Shown here: positions 1-9,859 of the stretch, in pieces
Layout: every line of letters starts with the position of its first letter
How positions within the stretch are numbered: the stretch's first letter is position 1
Assembly (NCBI RefSeq): GCF_003428155.1
Contig: NZ_QLIR01000012.1
Span: 31,917 to 63,916 of the forward strand
Source: Fastidiosibacter lacustris
Lineage (GTDB): Bacteria; Pseudomonadota; Gammaproteobacteria; Francisellales; Francisellaceae
DNA: 32,000 nt
Direction of reading: 5' to 3'
The notes under the pieces: model-generated
Database searches by the model: none
Seen by the model: the letters and a program-made list of their open reading frames with translations, nothing else
Told to the model about the DNA's origin: nothing
Translations under genes and position numbers: made by a program

Positions 1-204
1 GCATCCTCGGATGAAGACTTTAAATGGATTCGTGAGAATCTACAGAATGCACAACGCTTAATCGTGGGGCAATATCAAACACAAGCATATCGTGCTTTGC
101 AACAGAAATCAGAAATGGTGATGCGTGGCATACAGGTTCAACATTCTGTGGTCGGTGATCTCTCGGCACAGACAAAACAAAATTACGCTTTTACTACTTT
201 TTAG
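1..204 (+). CDS. traH: 3' end of an upstream CDS, probably F-type conjugal transfer pilus assembly protein TraH (partial)
   Basis: Open frame from base 1 to TAG at 202-204 (ASSDEDFKWIRENLQNAQRLIVGQYQTQAYRALQQKSEM...), directly upstream of traG as in F-type operons. The identity rests mostly on gene order. Confidence 0.45.
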   Translation, partial: ASSDEDFKWIRENLQNAQRLIVGQYQTQAYRALQQKSEMVMRGIQVQHSVVGDLSAQTKQNYAFTTF

Positions 205-231
205 CACTTTTACTCTGTTTGGAGGGATACA

Positions 232-3132
232 ATGTTAGATATTTGGGTTACATCACAATCGGGTGTGATGAAAACGGTACTTGATGGTATTGCTGCCTTT
301 TTTAATCAAAATGGTGGTGAGCTATTATTATACTTGGTGACAGCCGTTGGCTTTTTGGTGGTATTGTTAAAATACCTTGAAAAGCCCGATGTCAAACAAG
401 CCTTAACGTGGTTTATTATTGTGGCTGTTATTCCTGTCACTTTAATTAATCCTCGTGAAAAAGTCACCATTCATGATACAACAAGCACGTTAGAACAGCA
501 TGCAGTTGACAATGTGCCTTTAGGCTTAGCCTATCCGTTATCGATTATCACCAGTGTGATGTATAGTGTGACCAAAACGCTTGAAGATGCAATGCATGTT
601 CCTACGGATATTGCCTATGCCACCACAGGGATGATTTATGCGTCAAAGCTCTTTAAAGAGATGAAGAGTGTTCAGCCTGACCCTGATTTAATGAGCCAAT
701 GGTCACAGTTTATCTATATGTGTATTGACCCTAATGTTCGTGTGCGTCATCGCTATACGTATAAACAGTTATTTGATGCACCTGATATGATGAGCTTTTT
801 GAAAAGTAACACCAAGGATGGCTCGAATCATATTTACGTACCGAAAGTTAAAAAAGCAACGTCTACAACGAGTCCCAATGACATTTTTGCGCCAAAGGAT
901 GAAACATCATCTACTAATCCCAAAGATGACTGGGTTGGATGTAAAACAGCGCTGACACGTTTAGAGGAAGCTTATAAGCATTCTATGGCATGGAACTTTA
1001 AAACGATGGGCGCACTTGACCCATTAGATAAGGTTAAAGATGCCACGGCCATTGAAAAAGATATCCAAGGGGTGTATGGGTATTTTTATAAACTATCAGG
1101 TACATCACAGGAAATGATGATGCAGAATCTCATGATTAATGCGACTAAAAACGGATTAAGCAATATTGCTGCACAAAAAAATCAGATGGCTGCGGGATTA
1201 AACTATGCGCAAACGCAAAATGAAATGAACTCAACCAGTACATGGGCAACGATAGGCATGATGGCGCAGGAATATACCCCTATGGTGCAAACCATTCTGT
1301 TAATGCTAATGTGCTGTGCGTTTATTCCGATGATTTACATCGCAATGTTTCCGACCTTTACCTATAGCGTCTTGAGTAAATATATAGGAAGTTTGCTATG
1401 GATAACCAGTTGGGGTGTGTTCTATGTGTTTATCAACTTTATCATGACAGCATTTATGAAGTATCGGCTAAATGCCTTTACCGATATTTATGGCGGTATT
1501 ACGATGTCGAACATTGATGCCGTGGCAAGTTTAACCAGTCGTTATGTGACGTTAACAGGGTCATTCCTTATTTTTACGCCTTACTTAGCACGATTGGTCG
1601 TATTGGGGGCTGCCAACACGATAAGTGGCTTGGTAACGTCAATCTCATCAGGCATTACCTCGAATGCACAAGCATCAGCCAGAGGGGTTGCCACAGGTGA
1701 CTATAATTTGTTTAGCACGAATGTTGCCAATCACAGTGCTAATAATGCCAGTTTCAACAAACATAACTTTGATCGTGAGGATCGCTTTGGCAATGAATCA
1801 CGATCCAACTTGCAAGGCGGGATTGAAAGTGTTGATGCGATGGGCAATCGATATCGCGATAACCGTGTATCTAATTTAGCCACGCAGATTTCCAAAAACG
1901 AAGCAATCACAGCAGGACTAAATGAGGGCTTTAACAGCCACCTATCCAATGCCTATTCAGAAAGTCAGCAGGCACAACAGTCTTGGAATACTACTTTAAG
2001 CAGACTGGCAAGTGTTAATGATAATGAGGTAATGCGACAGTCAAGGCAAGCCAGTCAAGGAAATACTGAGAATATGTCGACTGATCAGGCGTATGCGAAT
2101 ATGGTTGATTATGCGCATAGGTTTGGAAAGGATGAGATTAAATCATTTATAAATGGAATAGCTTTGCAAGAGGGTGGGAGCGTTTCATTTGGTGGCAAAA
2201 TACCATTTACTAAAATTGGTGCAGAGGGGCATGCAAGCTTAAACTTTAATCAGTCATGGAGCAATGCAACCAATAACACATCGTCGATGAGTGCAGCCGA
2301 CCAAGAAACTTTTAGAAAGTCTTACAACAAATTAATTCAAGCTTCACAATCTGAAATTGCCAGCGTAGAATCGCATTTCGGTGTTGATAAAAGCAATTCG
2401 ATACAATCAAGTCTTACTGAAACCGAAACGCATAGTCAAAATGCAGCCAATGAGTATCGTTTGGCAATGGATTATCAAAAAGCAGCTAACTATGCTGAAA
2501 CGAATGGCTCATCGGTGAATTACAATGATATACCTCAGTTTGAGTCATGGTTAAATAAAAAGGTAGGTTCTGATCAAGCAAGCTATTATCTCAATAGCCC
2601 ACAACAGCAAGGCAGTGCTGAGTTTAAAAATCTCGTGCATAACTATCAGCAAGATTCAGCAGATCAGTTTAAACAAGAGTTTCTTGCTAACAAAGCGCAA
2701 ATTGAGTCATCGACAGGTGCACAAATTCAACATAATTCTGATGTAAAAGTTGCTGGTTTAAGTGATATTAATAGCGCCTACCAAACCAATAACAATAAGG
2801 TGGCTAATCAGTACGGTCAAAGCAAATCTGGTTTTGAAAATTGCGTTAATGATATGGATCAGAATGTTGCCAACAAAGCGGTTAGAGAAACTTTGGGGCA
2901 ATATGGGTTGAAAGGCAATACCTTTAGCGCTGACAATCCATCAAGCTTTAATCGGCAAATGGTTATTCCACCGAAGATGAATATATCCGTGGATGCGCAA
3001 GGTCAGGATTTACGTTCAAGGGCGGATGCTTTGAAGTCGGAGGTGATGAATAACAAAATGACTAACTTAGAACGCGCAAAACGTGATCCGAATATAAAAA
3101 ATAATCCAATGATGCCCATTTGGCTGCAATAG
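232..3132 (+). CDS. traG: F-type conjugal transfer mating-pair stabilisation/assembly protein TraG
   Basis: 966 aa with N-terminal TM segments, a second TM cluster (about aa 355-480) and a long hydrophilic Ser/Gln/Asn-rich C-terminus. Precedes traT-traD-traI. Confidence 0.85.
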   Translation: MLDIWVTSQSGVMKTVLDGIAAFFNQNGGELLLYLVTAVGFLVVLLKYLEKPDVKQALTWFIIVAVIPVTLINPREKVTIHDTTSTLEQHAVDNVPLGLAYPLSIITSVMYSVTKTLEDAMHVPTDIAYATTGMIYASKLFKEMKSVQPDPDLMSQWSQFIYMCIDPNVRVRHRYTYKQLFDAPDMMSFLKSNTKDGSNHIYVPKVKKATSTTSPNDIFAPKDETSSTNPKDDWVGCKTALTRLEEAYKHSMAWNFKTMGALDPLDKVKDATAIEKDIQGVYGYFYKLSGTSQEMMMQNLMINATKNGLSNIAAQKNQMAAGLNYAQTQNEMNSTSTWATIGMMAQEYTPMVQTILLMLMCCAFIPMIYIAMFPTFTYSVLSKYIGSLLWITSWGVFYVFINFIMTAFMKYRLNAFTDIYGGITMSNIDAVASLTSRYVTLTGSFLIFTPYLARLVVLGAANTISGLVTSISSGITSNAQASARGVATGDYNLFSTNVANHSANNASFNKHNFDREDRFGNESRSNLQGGIESVDAMGNRYRDNRVSNLATQISKNEAITAGLNEGFNSHLSNAYSESQQAQQSWNTTLSRLASVNDNEVMRQSRQASQGNTENMSTDQAYANMVDYAHRFGKDEIKSFINGIALQEGGSVSFGGKIPFTKIGAEGHASLNFNQSWSNATNNTSSMSAADQETFRKSYNKLIQASQSEIASVESHFGVDKSNSIQSSLTETETHSQNAANEYRLAMDYQKAANYAETNGSSVNYNDIPQFESWLNKKVGSDQASYYLNSPQQQGSAEFKNLVHNYQQDSADQFKQEFLANKAQIESSTGAQIQHNSDVKVAGLSDINSAYQTNNNKVANQYGQSKSGFENCVNDMDQNVANKAVRETLGQYGLKGNTFSADNPSSFNRQMVIPPKMNISVDAQGQDLRSRADALKSEVMNNKMTNLERAKRDPNIKNNPMMPIWLQ

Positions 3133-3134
3133 TG

Positions 3135-3548
3135 TCAGGATTGAAGCTTAAAATGCTTAGACATAAATTGTTTTATGGCAGGCATACCTGCTTTATAAGC
3201 ACAATAGTATGATGCAATAATACAGGAAATAAGAAATATAAAGAATATTGGAGCAAATGCGTAAGCGGTTTGTACAGCAGTTCTTACATCTGTCAAAAAG
3301 ATGTTAGCTAGAATAATTGCTAAAACAACAGTGAGCATGGCAAGTAATATAAAAGCAATATATCCAAATGCCCATTTTTTCTGTTCTTCCGTAAAAGTCA
3401 GCTTATCTTCTTCAGCTTTAACCACTTTGACTGCAACTGGTTCTTGGGAGGATTGTCTTTCTTCTTTCATAAAATCCATCATTTCTTTTGCCAATTCAGG
3501 ATTTGTTTCAGCTATTTTTAATAATCTTTCTTTTTGATTGTCATTCAT
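3135..3548 (-). CDS. Small inner-membrane protein of unknown function in the traG-traT interval (start refined to MNDNQKERL)
   Basis: ORF 3135..3587; an AAAGGGAG Shine-Dalgarno lies just before ATG at 3548. Hydrophilic N-terminus followed by two TM segments (WAFGYIAFILLAMLTVVLAIILANIFL and AYAFAPIFFIFLISCIIASYYCAY). Convergent with traG. Confidence 0.7.
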   Translation of the reverse strand: MNDNQKERLLKIAETNPELAKEMMDFMKEERQSSQEPVAVKVVKAEEDKLTFTEEQKKWAFGYIAFILLAMLTVVLAIILANIFLTDVRTAVQTAYAFAPIFFIFLISCIIASYYCAYKAGMPAIKQFMSKHFKLQS

Positions 3549-3688
3549 TGTCAAACTCCCTTTAAATATCAGTTTTGCTTGCAGCAACTTAGCATATTTA
3601 TAGGATTATTTCAACAACAATCAATGACAAGTCAAATAGTCAAATAGCTAATCATTTGTTTCAACCAACCACAAAAGGACGATAAAAA

Positions 3689-4447
3689 GTGAAAAAATCA
3701 CACATCATTAAAACAACCACAAGCTTAACTCTGGCAGTGACTCTTCTAACGCTCAGTGGCTGTGCTGCAATTTCAACAGCGATTAAAAACAGACATTTAA
3801 AAGTCGAATCAAAAATGTCTGATAGCATATTTTTGGAGCCAGTAGCGGATAATGAAAAAACCATTTATGTGCAAGTCAAAAGCACATTAAGTGAAAACTT
3901 TGATGGCTTAAAAGAAAAACTAATCCAAGATTTTCAACAAAATGGCTGGACAGTAGTTAATGATCTTGCCAAAGCACATGATATGGTACAGATTAATGTG
4001 TTACAAATGTGGCAAGCGAAAAATCAAGCCTCCGCTTGGGGTGCGCTTAACAGTGGCTTTGGTGGAGATATTTTAACAGGTGGTTTAATGGGATTAGCCA
4101 CGGGCTATGCGACAGGTTCAGTGGGCGCAGGTATTGGTGTCGGTGCAATAGCATCTGGCGTGTCATTTTTGACAAATTCACTTATTGAAAATGTATATTT
4201 CTCAATGATCAGTGATATTCAGGTATCGGTTAGAGCTAAAGACGGACAGGTCACACAAACAACGCAATCAAGTCTATCACAAGGCACGCAAAGTAAGGTA
4301 TCACAAACCTATCAGCAATCATCTGATTGGATCAGGTATCGCACACGGATTGTGTCAGTAGCAAATCAAGTCAATTTAAAGTTTGAAGAAGCTAAGCCTG
4401 AGCTACAGGCACAAGTAGCAAAACAAGTCAGTGGTATATGGGGGTAA
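3689..4447 (+). CDS. traT: TraT-like surface-exclusion / complement-resistance lipoprotein
   Basis: GTG start with upstream AAAGGAC; signal peptide and lipobox (LTLSGCAA). TraT-like body with a Gly-rich hydrophobic stretch (GGDILTGGLMGLATGYATGSVGAGIGVGAIASG). Lies before traD. Confidence 0.9.
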   Translation: MKKSHIIKTTTSLTLAVTLLTLSGCAAISTAIKNRHLKVESKMSDSIFLEPVADNEKTIYVQVKSTLSENFDGLKEKLIQDFQQNGWTVVNDLAKAHDMVQINVLQMWQAKNQASAWGALNSGFGGDILTGGLMGLATGYATGSVGAGIGVGAIASGVSFLTNSLIENVYFSMISDIQVSVRAKDGQVTQTTQSSLSQGTQSKVSQTYQQSSDWIRYRTRIVSVANQVNLKFEEAKPELQAQVAKQVSGIWG

Positions 4448-4453
4448 GAAACA

Positions 4454-6460
4454 ATGATCCCTAAAAAAATAAAGTCGTTTATCCGCGGCACGCAGATATT
4501 TTTTTATAATTTAGCGATGTTTTTTCAGAGCATGAAGCGTATTGGGCTATGGGCAATTGTCGTCTATATCTGCCTATTTATTGTTTTAATGTTTATATTG
4601 ACGACCAAGGCAGATGTTAAAACCTTAGCGATGCAAATATGGTCAAATATGCTTAATGCTATTGGGTTTGGTGAAGTTGTTGTTGCTAATGATGCCGTTA
4701 ATGGCAGCTCGTATACTGCGGCAAGAATTGCTCATGATCCCATTGATCAGGTCTATTTTACACGCGCCTTACAACGATTTATCACACATGCCATTATTTC
4801 GGCGTTGATTGGTGGTTTTTTATATTTGCTTGCAATGGCATTTTTTATCCGTGCGTTTGTTAAAAAGGGCGATAAAAACAGTCTTGATCAGTTTGTATCA
4901 GGTACATTTTTAGCTAAGCAGGAGAAGCAAACGATTAAGTCAGTCAACCAGTCTAAAGAGGGGGCAGGTGATATTATGATTGCAAATAAACTGCCATTGC
5001 CTAGACTCTCAGAGCGACAGGGCATTTTGATTCATGGTTCAATTGGTACAGGTAAAACGCAAGTGATTATGTATTTATTGGATGAGATTAGACGTGCTGG
5101 TGATGTGGCTATTGTTTACGATAAAGAATGTACTCTCAAGCCCTATTTTTTTAATGAAGCGACCGATAAAGAGTTAAACCCCTTATCGGTATTGTGTGAA
5201 AATTGGGATATTTGGAAAGAGTGTAAAACACCGATTGAAATGGGGGCTTTAGCCACCTATTTAATGCCAAAAGCAGTCCAAGGTAGCGACCCCTTTTGGG
5301 TCGATGCAGCACGTACTATTTTTGCCAGCGTGGCATGGAAGATGCGTCATCAGCCCGATAGAAATGTCATCAAGTTGCTTCAAGTTTTATTAACCACCTC
5401 ATTAGATGAGTTGCGTGGCATATTAAAGGGTACAGAAGCAGAAAACTTAGTGTCCAAAGATATTGAAAAAACAGCTATTTCGATCCGTGCGGTGATGGCT
5501 ACCTATACCAAATCATTACGATTTTTAGAGGGCTTAAATAAAGATGAATTAAAAAAATCAAACAAAGTAAGAAAAGCAAAAAAATCAAAAGAACCGTTTG
5601 CGATTTGTGACTGGATACAAGAGCAGGCTACCAATCAGACTCAGCAAAAAGGCTGGCTGTTTGTAACCTCACGTGCTAATTTTCATGCAGAGATTAAACC
5701 ACTCATTTCTGCATGGTTAGGCATGGCACTCAAATCGATTCAATCGTTACAACCAAATTCAAGCAGACGCGTCTGGGTGATTATGGATGAAAAAGCGAGT
5801 TTAAATCGACTGGAGGGCTTTTCTGATATTGCTGCGGATATTCGAAAGTTTGGCGGCTGTGTGGTATTAGGATTGCAAAGTCATTCGCAAGTCAATTTTA
5901 TCTATGGGCGTGATGAGGCAACTGCAATTACTGATAATATGAACACCAGTGTTTATTTTAGATCACCGAAAAAGCAAGTGGCTGAATGGGTATCGCAAGA
6001 CTTGGGTGAGCATGTTTTAGAAGAAATCAGGGAAAGTCAGTCCTATGGTCCCAATACGATACGTGATGGGAATACCATAGCCAGACAACGTGTCACCAGA
6101 AGAACGGTCGATACTGGCACTATTATGAACCTTGAAAATTTAAACTGTTATGTGCGATTAGCTGGGAATCATCCGATTACCAGATTGACTATTGATTATA
6201 AGGAGCGTAAACCATTATTGGAACAACCGCTGATAGAACGCGCCATTGATTATGATGCGATTGAAAAGGTCGCAATGGAAGCCTTGAAAGCGGAAAGCAA
6301 TCCTGAGCGTGATGAGGCAGTTAAGGTCGAGCAGAAAGTTAATCAAGTCAATGATAAGGTTGGGCGTAATGCCAACGTTGTAGATGGAATGGAAACAGAA
6401 GATCATCAAGCACATCAAGTTAAAAAACAGGAAAGCACATACATATTTCATCAGTTATGA
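4454..6460 (+). CDS. traD: Type IV coupling protein TraD (VirD4/TrwB family ATPase)
   Basis: Two N-terminal TM segments, Walker A HGSIGTGKTQ, DPFWVDAARTIFA motif, RVWVIMDEKASL (Walker B region), GLQSHSQ. Confidence 0.94.
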   Translation: MIPKKIKSFIRGTQIFFYNLAMFFQSMKRIGLWAIVVYICLFIVLMFILTTKADVKTLAMQIWSNMLNAIGFGEVVVANDAVNGSSYTAARIAHDPIDQVYFTRALQRFITHAIISALIGGFLYLLAMAFFIRAFVKKGDKNSLDQFVSGTFLAKQEKQTIKSVNQSKEGAGDIMIANKLPLPRLSERQGILIHGSIGTGKTQVIMYLLDEIRRAGDVAIVYDKECTLKPYFFNEATDKELNPLSVLCENWDIWKECKTPIEMGALATYLMPKAVQGSDPFWVDAARTIFASVAWKMRHQPDRNVIKLLQVLLTTSLDELRGILKGTEAENLVSKDIEKTAISIRAVMATYTKSLRFLEGLNKDELKKSNKVRKAKKSKEPFAICDWIQEQATNQTQQKGWLFVTSRANFHAEIKPLISAWLGMALKSIQSLQPNSSRRVWVIMDEKASLNRLEGFSDIAADIRKFGGCVVLGLQSHSQVNFIYGRDEATAITDNMNTSVYFRSPKKQVAEWVSQDLGEHVLEEIRESQSYGPNTIRDGNTIARQRVTRRTVDTGTIMNLENLNCYVRLAGNHPITRLTIDYKERKPLLEQPLIERAIDYDAIEKVAMEALKAESNPERDEAVKVEQKVNQVNDKVGRNANVVDGMETEDHQAHQVKKQESTYIFHQL

Positions 6461-6592
6461 TATGGCGATTGTAGAGCAAATGATTATTATTGTTCAACAG
6501 GCATTATCTTGTATTAGAAACAGCAATGTAAGGCTTGTATTTAAAGGCATTGCAGTATATTTTATCAATACAAACTCAAAAGGAGTGATCAA

Positions 6593-6793
6593 ATGGCTAA
6601 GAAAAAAGACATTAAAAGTTATAAAAAAGATGAATTTGTGAGTTTAGTTGCAGAAAAAATGAATACAACCAAAGACACGGCTAATAGATCAGTTGATGCC
6701 TTTATTGAAGCGGTCACAGATATTGTCAAAAACGGTGATTCGGTTAATTTCATTGGCTTTGGCAAGTTTAGTGTGGGTGAACGTGCAGCGTGA
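6593..6793 (+). CDS. Short HU/IHF-family DNA-binding protein, truncated after the GFGKFSVGERAA motif
   Basis: KKDEFVSLVAEKMNTTKDTANRSVDAFIEAVTDIVKNGDSVNFIGFGKFSVGERAA matches the HU N-terminal half. The usual NPxTG beta-arm and C-terminal helix are absent. Confidence 0.75.
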   Translation: MAKKKDIKSYKKDEFVSLVAEKMNTTKDTANRSVDAFIEAVTDIVKNGDSVNFIGFGKFSVGERAA

Positions 6794-7740
6794 AGACAAA
6801 GAAACGAAGTAAAAGCCATACGAGCCATAAAAGCAGTGGAAGCAATCGCAACAAAAGGAATAAAAGGAATGATCTTTTCGAGTTTTCAAGCGCACTTGAT
6901 TTGATGTTAGCGGGACATGATCAGGTGATTGGCTCAGATTTTATTATGCGTAAGCGTGACACGTTAAATGCTGACATTGGTCATTTAAACCCAGATGACT
7001 TAAATACTTACGACCAAGCTTATATTGAACGCTTAATTCACTGTCAAGCTAAGGAATGTCTTACCATTCCAACGGATGTTGAGTTGCAGCGTTTGTCTAA
7101 TGAATATACGAAACAGCGAGAGGTTTTATCTGCTTATCATGATGAAGTCGTTGATATTATGATCGATTATGACACCGAAGCTGCTAAAGAGTTGGGTAAT
7201 TTTGACCCCTACATTGATAAAGTGGTCATTCGTAATCAAGCTGAAATGAATTTTTTCTATGACTATATTACCTTGTATCGAACAGTAAAAAATAAACGTG
7301 TGATTATTGACTGGAGAGAAGCTCACCCTGATGCAGTTAATCAGAACAATAGGCAGGTTGTTACAGCACTTGAACAGGCGCGGTTTGCCATATTGCGATT
7401 AGATGAGAATTTAGCACATGGCGGTATTAGAGTTACAGATATGATTACCCAGAAAGAAAGCTTATTAATTGATAAAGCACTCAATCGTTCACGTAAAGAG
7501 GGTATGTTTTTTATTTGCTCATTATTAACAATGGGTAAATATGTGATGACAAGTGGTGGCGGTGTTCCTGTTGACCCCAAAGCCGCTGCGGGTAAATCTG
7601 CGCTAAGTCTGTCTCAACCTTATTTGGCACAATTACGTAATGCGCAATCAGTTATTGATGAAAATGTGCTGCAATGTGTCCGTAAGATATATGGACTTTG
7701 TTTGCGTGGTGGTGCCTTAAGTCATATTACGGTTCATTAA
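6790..7740 (+). CDS. Hypothetical protein with strongly basic N-terminus (KTKKRSKSHTSHKSSGSNRNKRNKRN), translationally coupled to the HU-like ORF
   Basis: 316-aa ORF beginning GTG inside a GTGA overlap with the HU-like stop, in the traD-traI interval. No family recognised. Confidence 0.65.
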   Translation: MKTKKRSKSHTSHKSSGSNRNKRNKRNDLFEFSSALDLMLAGHDQVIGSDFIMRKRDTLNADIGHLNPDDLNTYDQAYIERLIHCQAKECLTIPTDVELQRLSNEYTKQREVLSAYHDEVVDIMIDYDTEAAKELGNFDPYIDKVVIRNQAEMNFFYDYITLYRTVKNKRVIIDWREAHPDAVNQNNRQVVTALEQARFAILRLDENLAHGGIRVTDMITQKESLLIDKALNRSRKEGMFFICSLLTMGKYVMTSGGGVPVDPKAAAGKSALSLSQPYLAQLRNAQSVIDENVLQCVRKIYGLCLRGGALSHITVH

Positions 7741-7744
7741 GTCG

Positions 7745-8674
7745 ATGACTGAGCAAACGAAACCACTACCGACAGCGCATGATGTCTTTTTTAAAGCCAA
7801 CCTTGCCGAAAAAAGTAAGGCAAAAGCATTACTGAAACAAATCTACTCAAAGGAGTTGGTAAGCAAGCTTGATTTAAAACATTTAAAGCACGTTCCGACT
7901 GAGTTTATACAACACAACTTGCGTAAAGTGGTCGGTGATGTGCTGTATATGACTAAGCTGAACGGCAAAGATGCTTATGTTTACGTCCTTTTTGAACATC
8001 AGTCAAGCAGTGATGAATTAATGGCATTTAGGCTGTTGTTGTATGTGGTGCAGATCATGCAACAGCATTTGCAACAGGGGCATGATAAGTTACCTATTAT
8101 TTTGCCTGCCGTTATATACCACGGCAAAGAGTCACCTTATCCTTATTCGACTGACTTGATGGACTGCTTTGCGGATAAGGAAATAGCCCAAGAATATATG
8201 TTCAAGTCATTTAATTTGCTTGACTTAACGATCATGAGTGATGATGACTTAGGCAAATTTGATGCTAATTTAGTCTTTGAATATATGCTTAAACACAGTC
8301 GGGATAACCTAACAGATAAGTTGATAAAATGGCTGTTACAGTACCCACATCAAGCGATTTATTTCATAAAATCTGGCAATAATCTGTTAAATCAAGTATT
8401 CTCATATATAGAAAGTCGCGATGATGTTGACAGTGAAGCGATAGACAAATTAATCGGTGTCATTAATGATAATACAGGTGGTGAGTTTATGAATTACTTA
8501 CAAAGGCGAGAACAAAAGGCAGAACAACAAGGTGCGATTTTAAAGGCACAAGATACTGCGAAAACTATGCTTATTGATGGTTTAGATGATAGTGTCGTTA
8601 TCAAATATACTGGACTTGACCTTGATACTGTCCTTAAACTCAAAAAAGAAATTAGCACTAAGACAAAACACTAG
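7745..8674 (+). CDS. Rpn-family recombination-promoting nuclease / putative transposase (PD-(D/E)XK-like)
   Basis: Characteristic PTAHDVFFKANLAEKSKAKALLKQ, DVLYMTKLNGKDAYVYVLFEHQSSSDELMAFRLLLYVVQIMQQH and LPIILPAVIYHGKESPYPYSTDLMDCF. Confidence 0.88.
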   Translation: MTEQTKPLPTAHDVFFKANLAEKSKAKALLKQIYSKELVSKLDLKHLKHVPTEFIQHNLRKVVGDVLYMTKLNGKDAYVYVLFEHQSSSDELMAFRLLLYVVQIMQQHLQQGHDKLPIILPAVIYHGKESPYPYSTDLMDCFADKEIAQEYMFKSFNLLDLTIMSDDDLGKFDANLVFEYMLKHSRDNLTDKLIKWLLQYPHQAIYFIKSGNNLLNQVFSYIESRDDVDSEAIDKLIGVINDNTGGEFMNYLQRREQKAEQQGAILKAQDTAKTMLIDGLDDSVVIKYTGLDLDTVLKLKKEISTKTKH

Positions 8675-9235
8675 ATTTAAATATTTGGTACAAAAATCTC
8701 GCTTTGGATTGATATTCAAATAAATTCTTTGAGCTAAATTGCCTATCCCCGCAGCAAGCTACGGGGTATTTCGGCAATTTTCCTACGGAACCGCTCAAAG
8801 TGACCTTCTCCATTCGCAGCAGAGCTGCGGGGAATTAAACCCCACGGAGATTAAAAACAACTCTCGTGTGATAAGGGGTAATGTGTCAATTTTTTGATTT
8901 AAATTTATTGAAAATCCTTATTTAAAAGCATCCGTAAAATACTTACAAAACCATGAGTAAGATAGCAAAGCAAGCGATATGTATAAGTAGACTTTGAAGT
9001 CCAATGGAACGAAAATGTACGCTAAGAAACTTTCTGATGGTTTTCTATTGCTCTGGGAGGATTTTAGTCCATTCGTGTAAAAAGCAATCAGAAAAATGAT
9101 CTATTGCTCTCCCCAAGTAATGTGAAGTAATTAAACAATGTATATGTATACTTCAAAATTTATGCTATAGCTAGTCTGGCTGTTAATAATACAATATACG
9201 AAAGTTATCACTAAAAATACCTTGCCTGGAAGAAC

Positions 9236-9260
9236 CCCCAGAAATGGGGATCGTTTTTTG
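9236..9260 (+). terminator. Candidate intrinsic terminator
   Basis: CCCCA-GAAA-TGGGG stem with a GAAA tetraloop, followed by ATCGTTTTTTG. Confidence 0.45.
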
Positions 9261-9595
9261 TTCAGTGCGCCGTAATTTTAAAACTTGAAGAAAACAGTAA
9301 CATTGAACTTTTTTAGATTGAATAATAGTCAAATAACAACGCAGACACATAAAAACGCGCATAAATTAGATTTAACCGTATTTTTTATTGATTTTGAACG
9401 ATTGCATTATCGTATTACAGATAATTGAACAGCGCTTAAATATGAAAGCTGAATTTTTAACCAGAATTGCTAAAAAAATGAATTTTTAGACTGATTTTGA
9501 AAATTTAAGGAGAAATACGCCTGCGCTATAAGCTGAAAACGTTAATTTTTTTAAAAAAAATTGCATATTCCTGTTCACCATAAGGGAGCCAGTCC

Positions 9596-9859
9596 ATGAA
9601 GCTAAAACTTAACATACAACGTGATATTCACGATAAAATAAAGCTTCAAGGCAGTAAACTTATACTACCAATGCACTTTGATGTTGTCGAGGTTTATAAA
9701 GATGTACCCTTATTTGAGCCAGACGATAGCAAGCAGATTGTCACTATCCATTATCATGTGGATGATGATTTATATGCAGCCGTGTATTTTTACTTTGACG
9801 ATGGCAGTTATGCCAGACTGGTATGGCGGTATGGAGCAAGTGACAAAAATACAAGGTAA
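9596..9859 (+). CDS. Small hypothetical protein (87 aa)
   Basis: ATG ORF with AAGGGAG upstream. Acidic/aromatic composition; no family recognised. Confidence 0.4.
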   Translation: MKLKLNIQRDIHDKIKLQGSKLILPMHFDVVEVYKDVPLFEPDDSKQIVTIHYHVDDDLYAAVYFYFDDGSYARLVWRYGASDKNTR

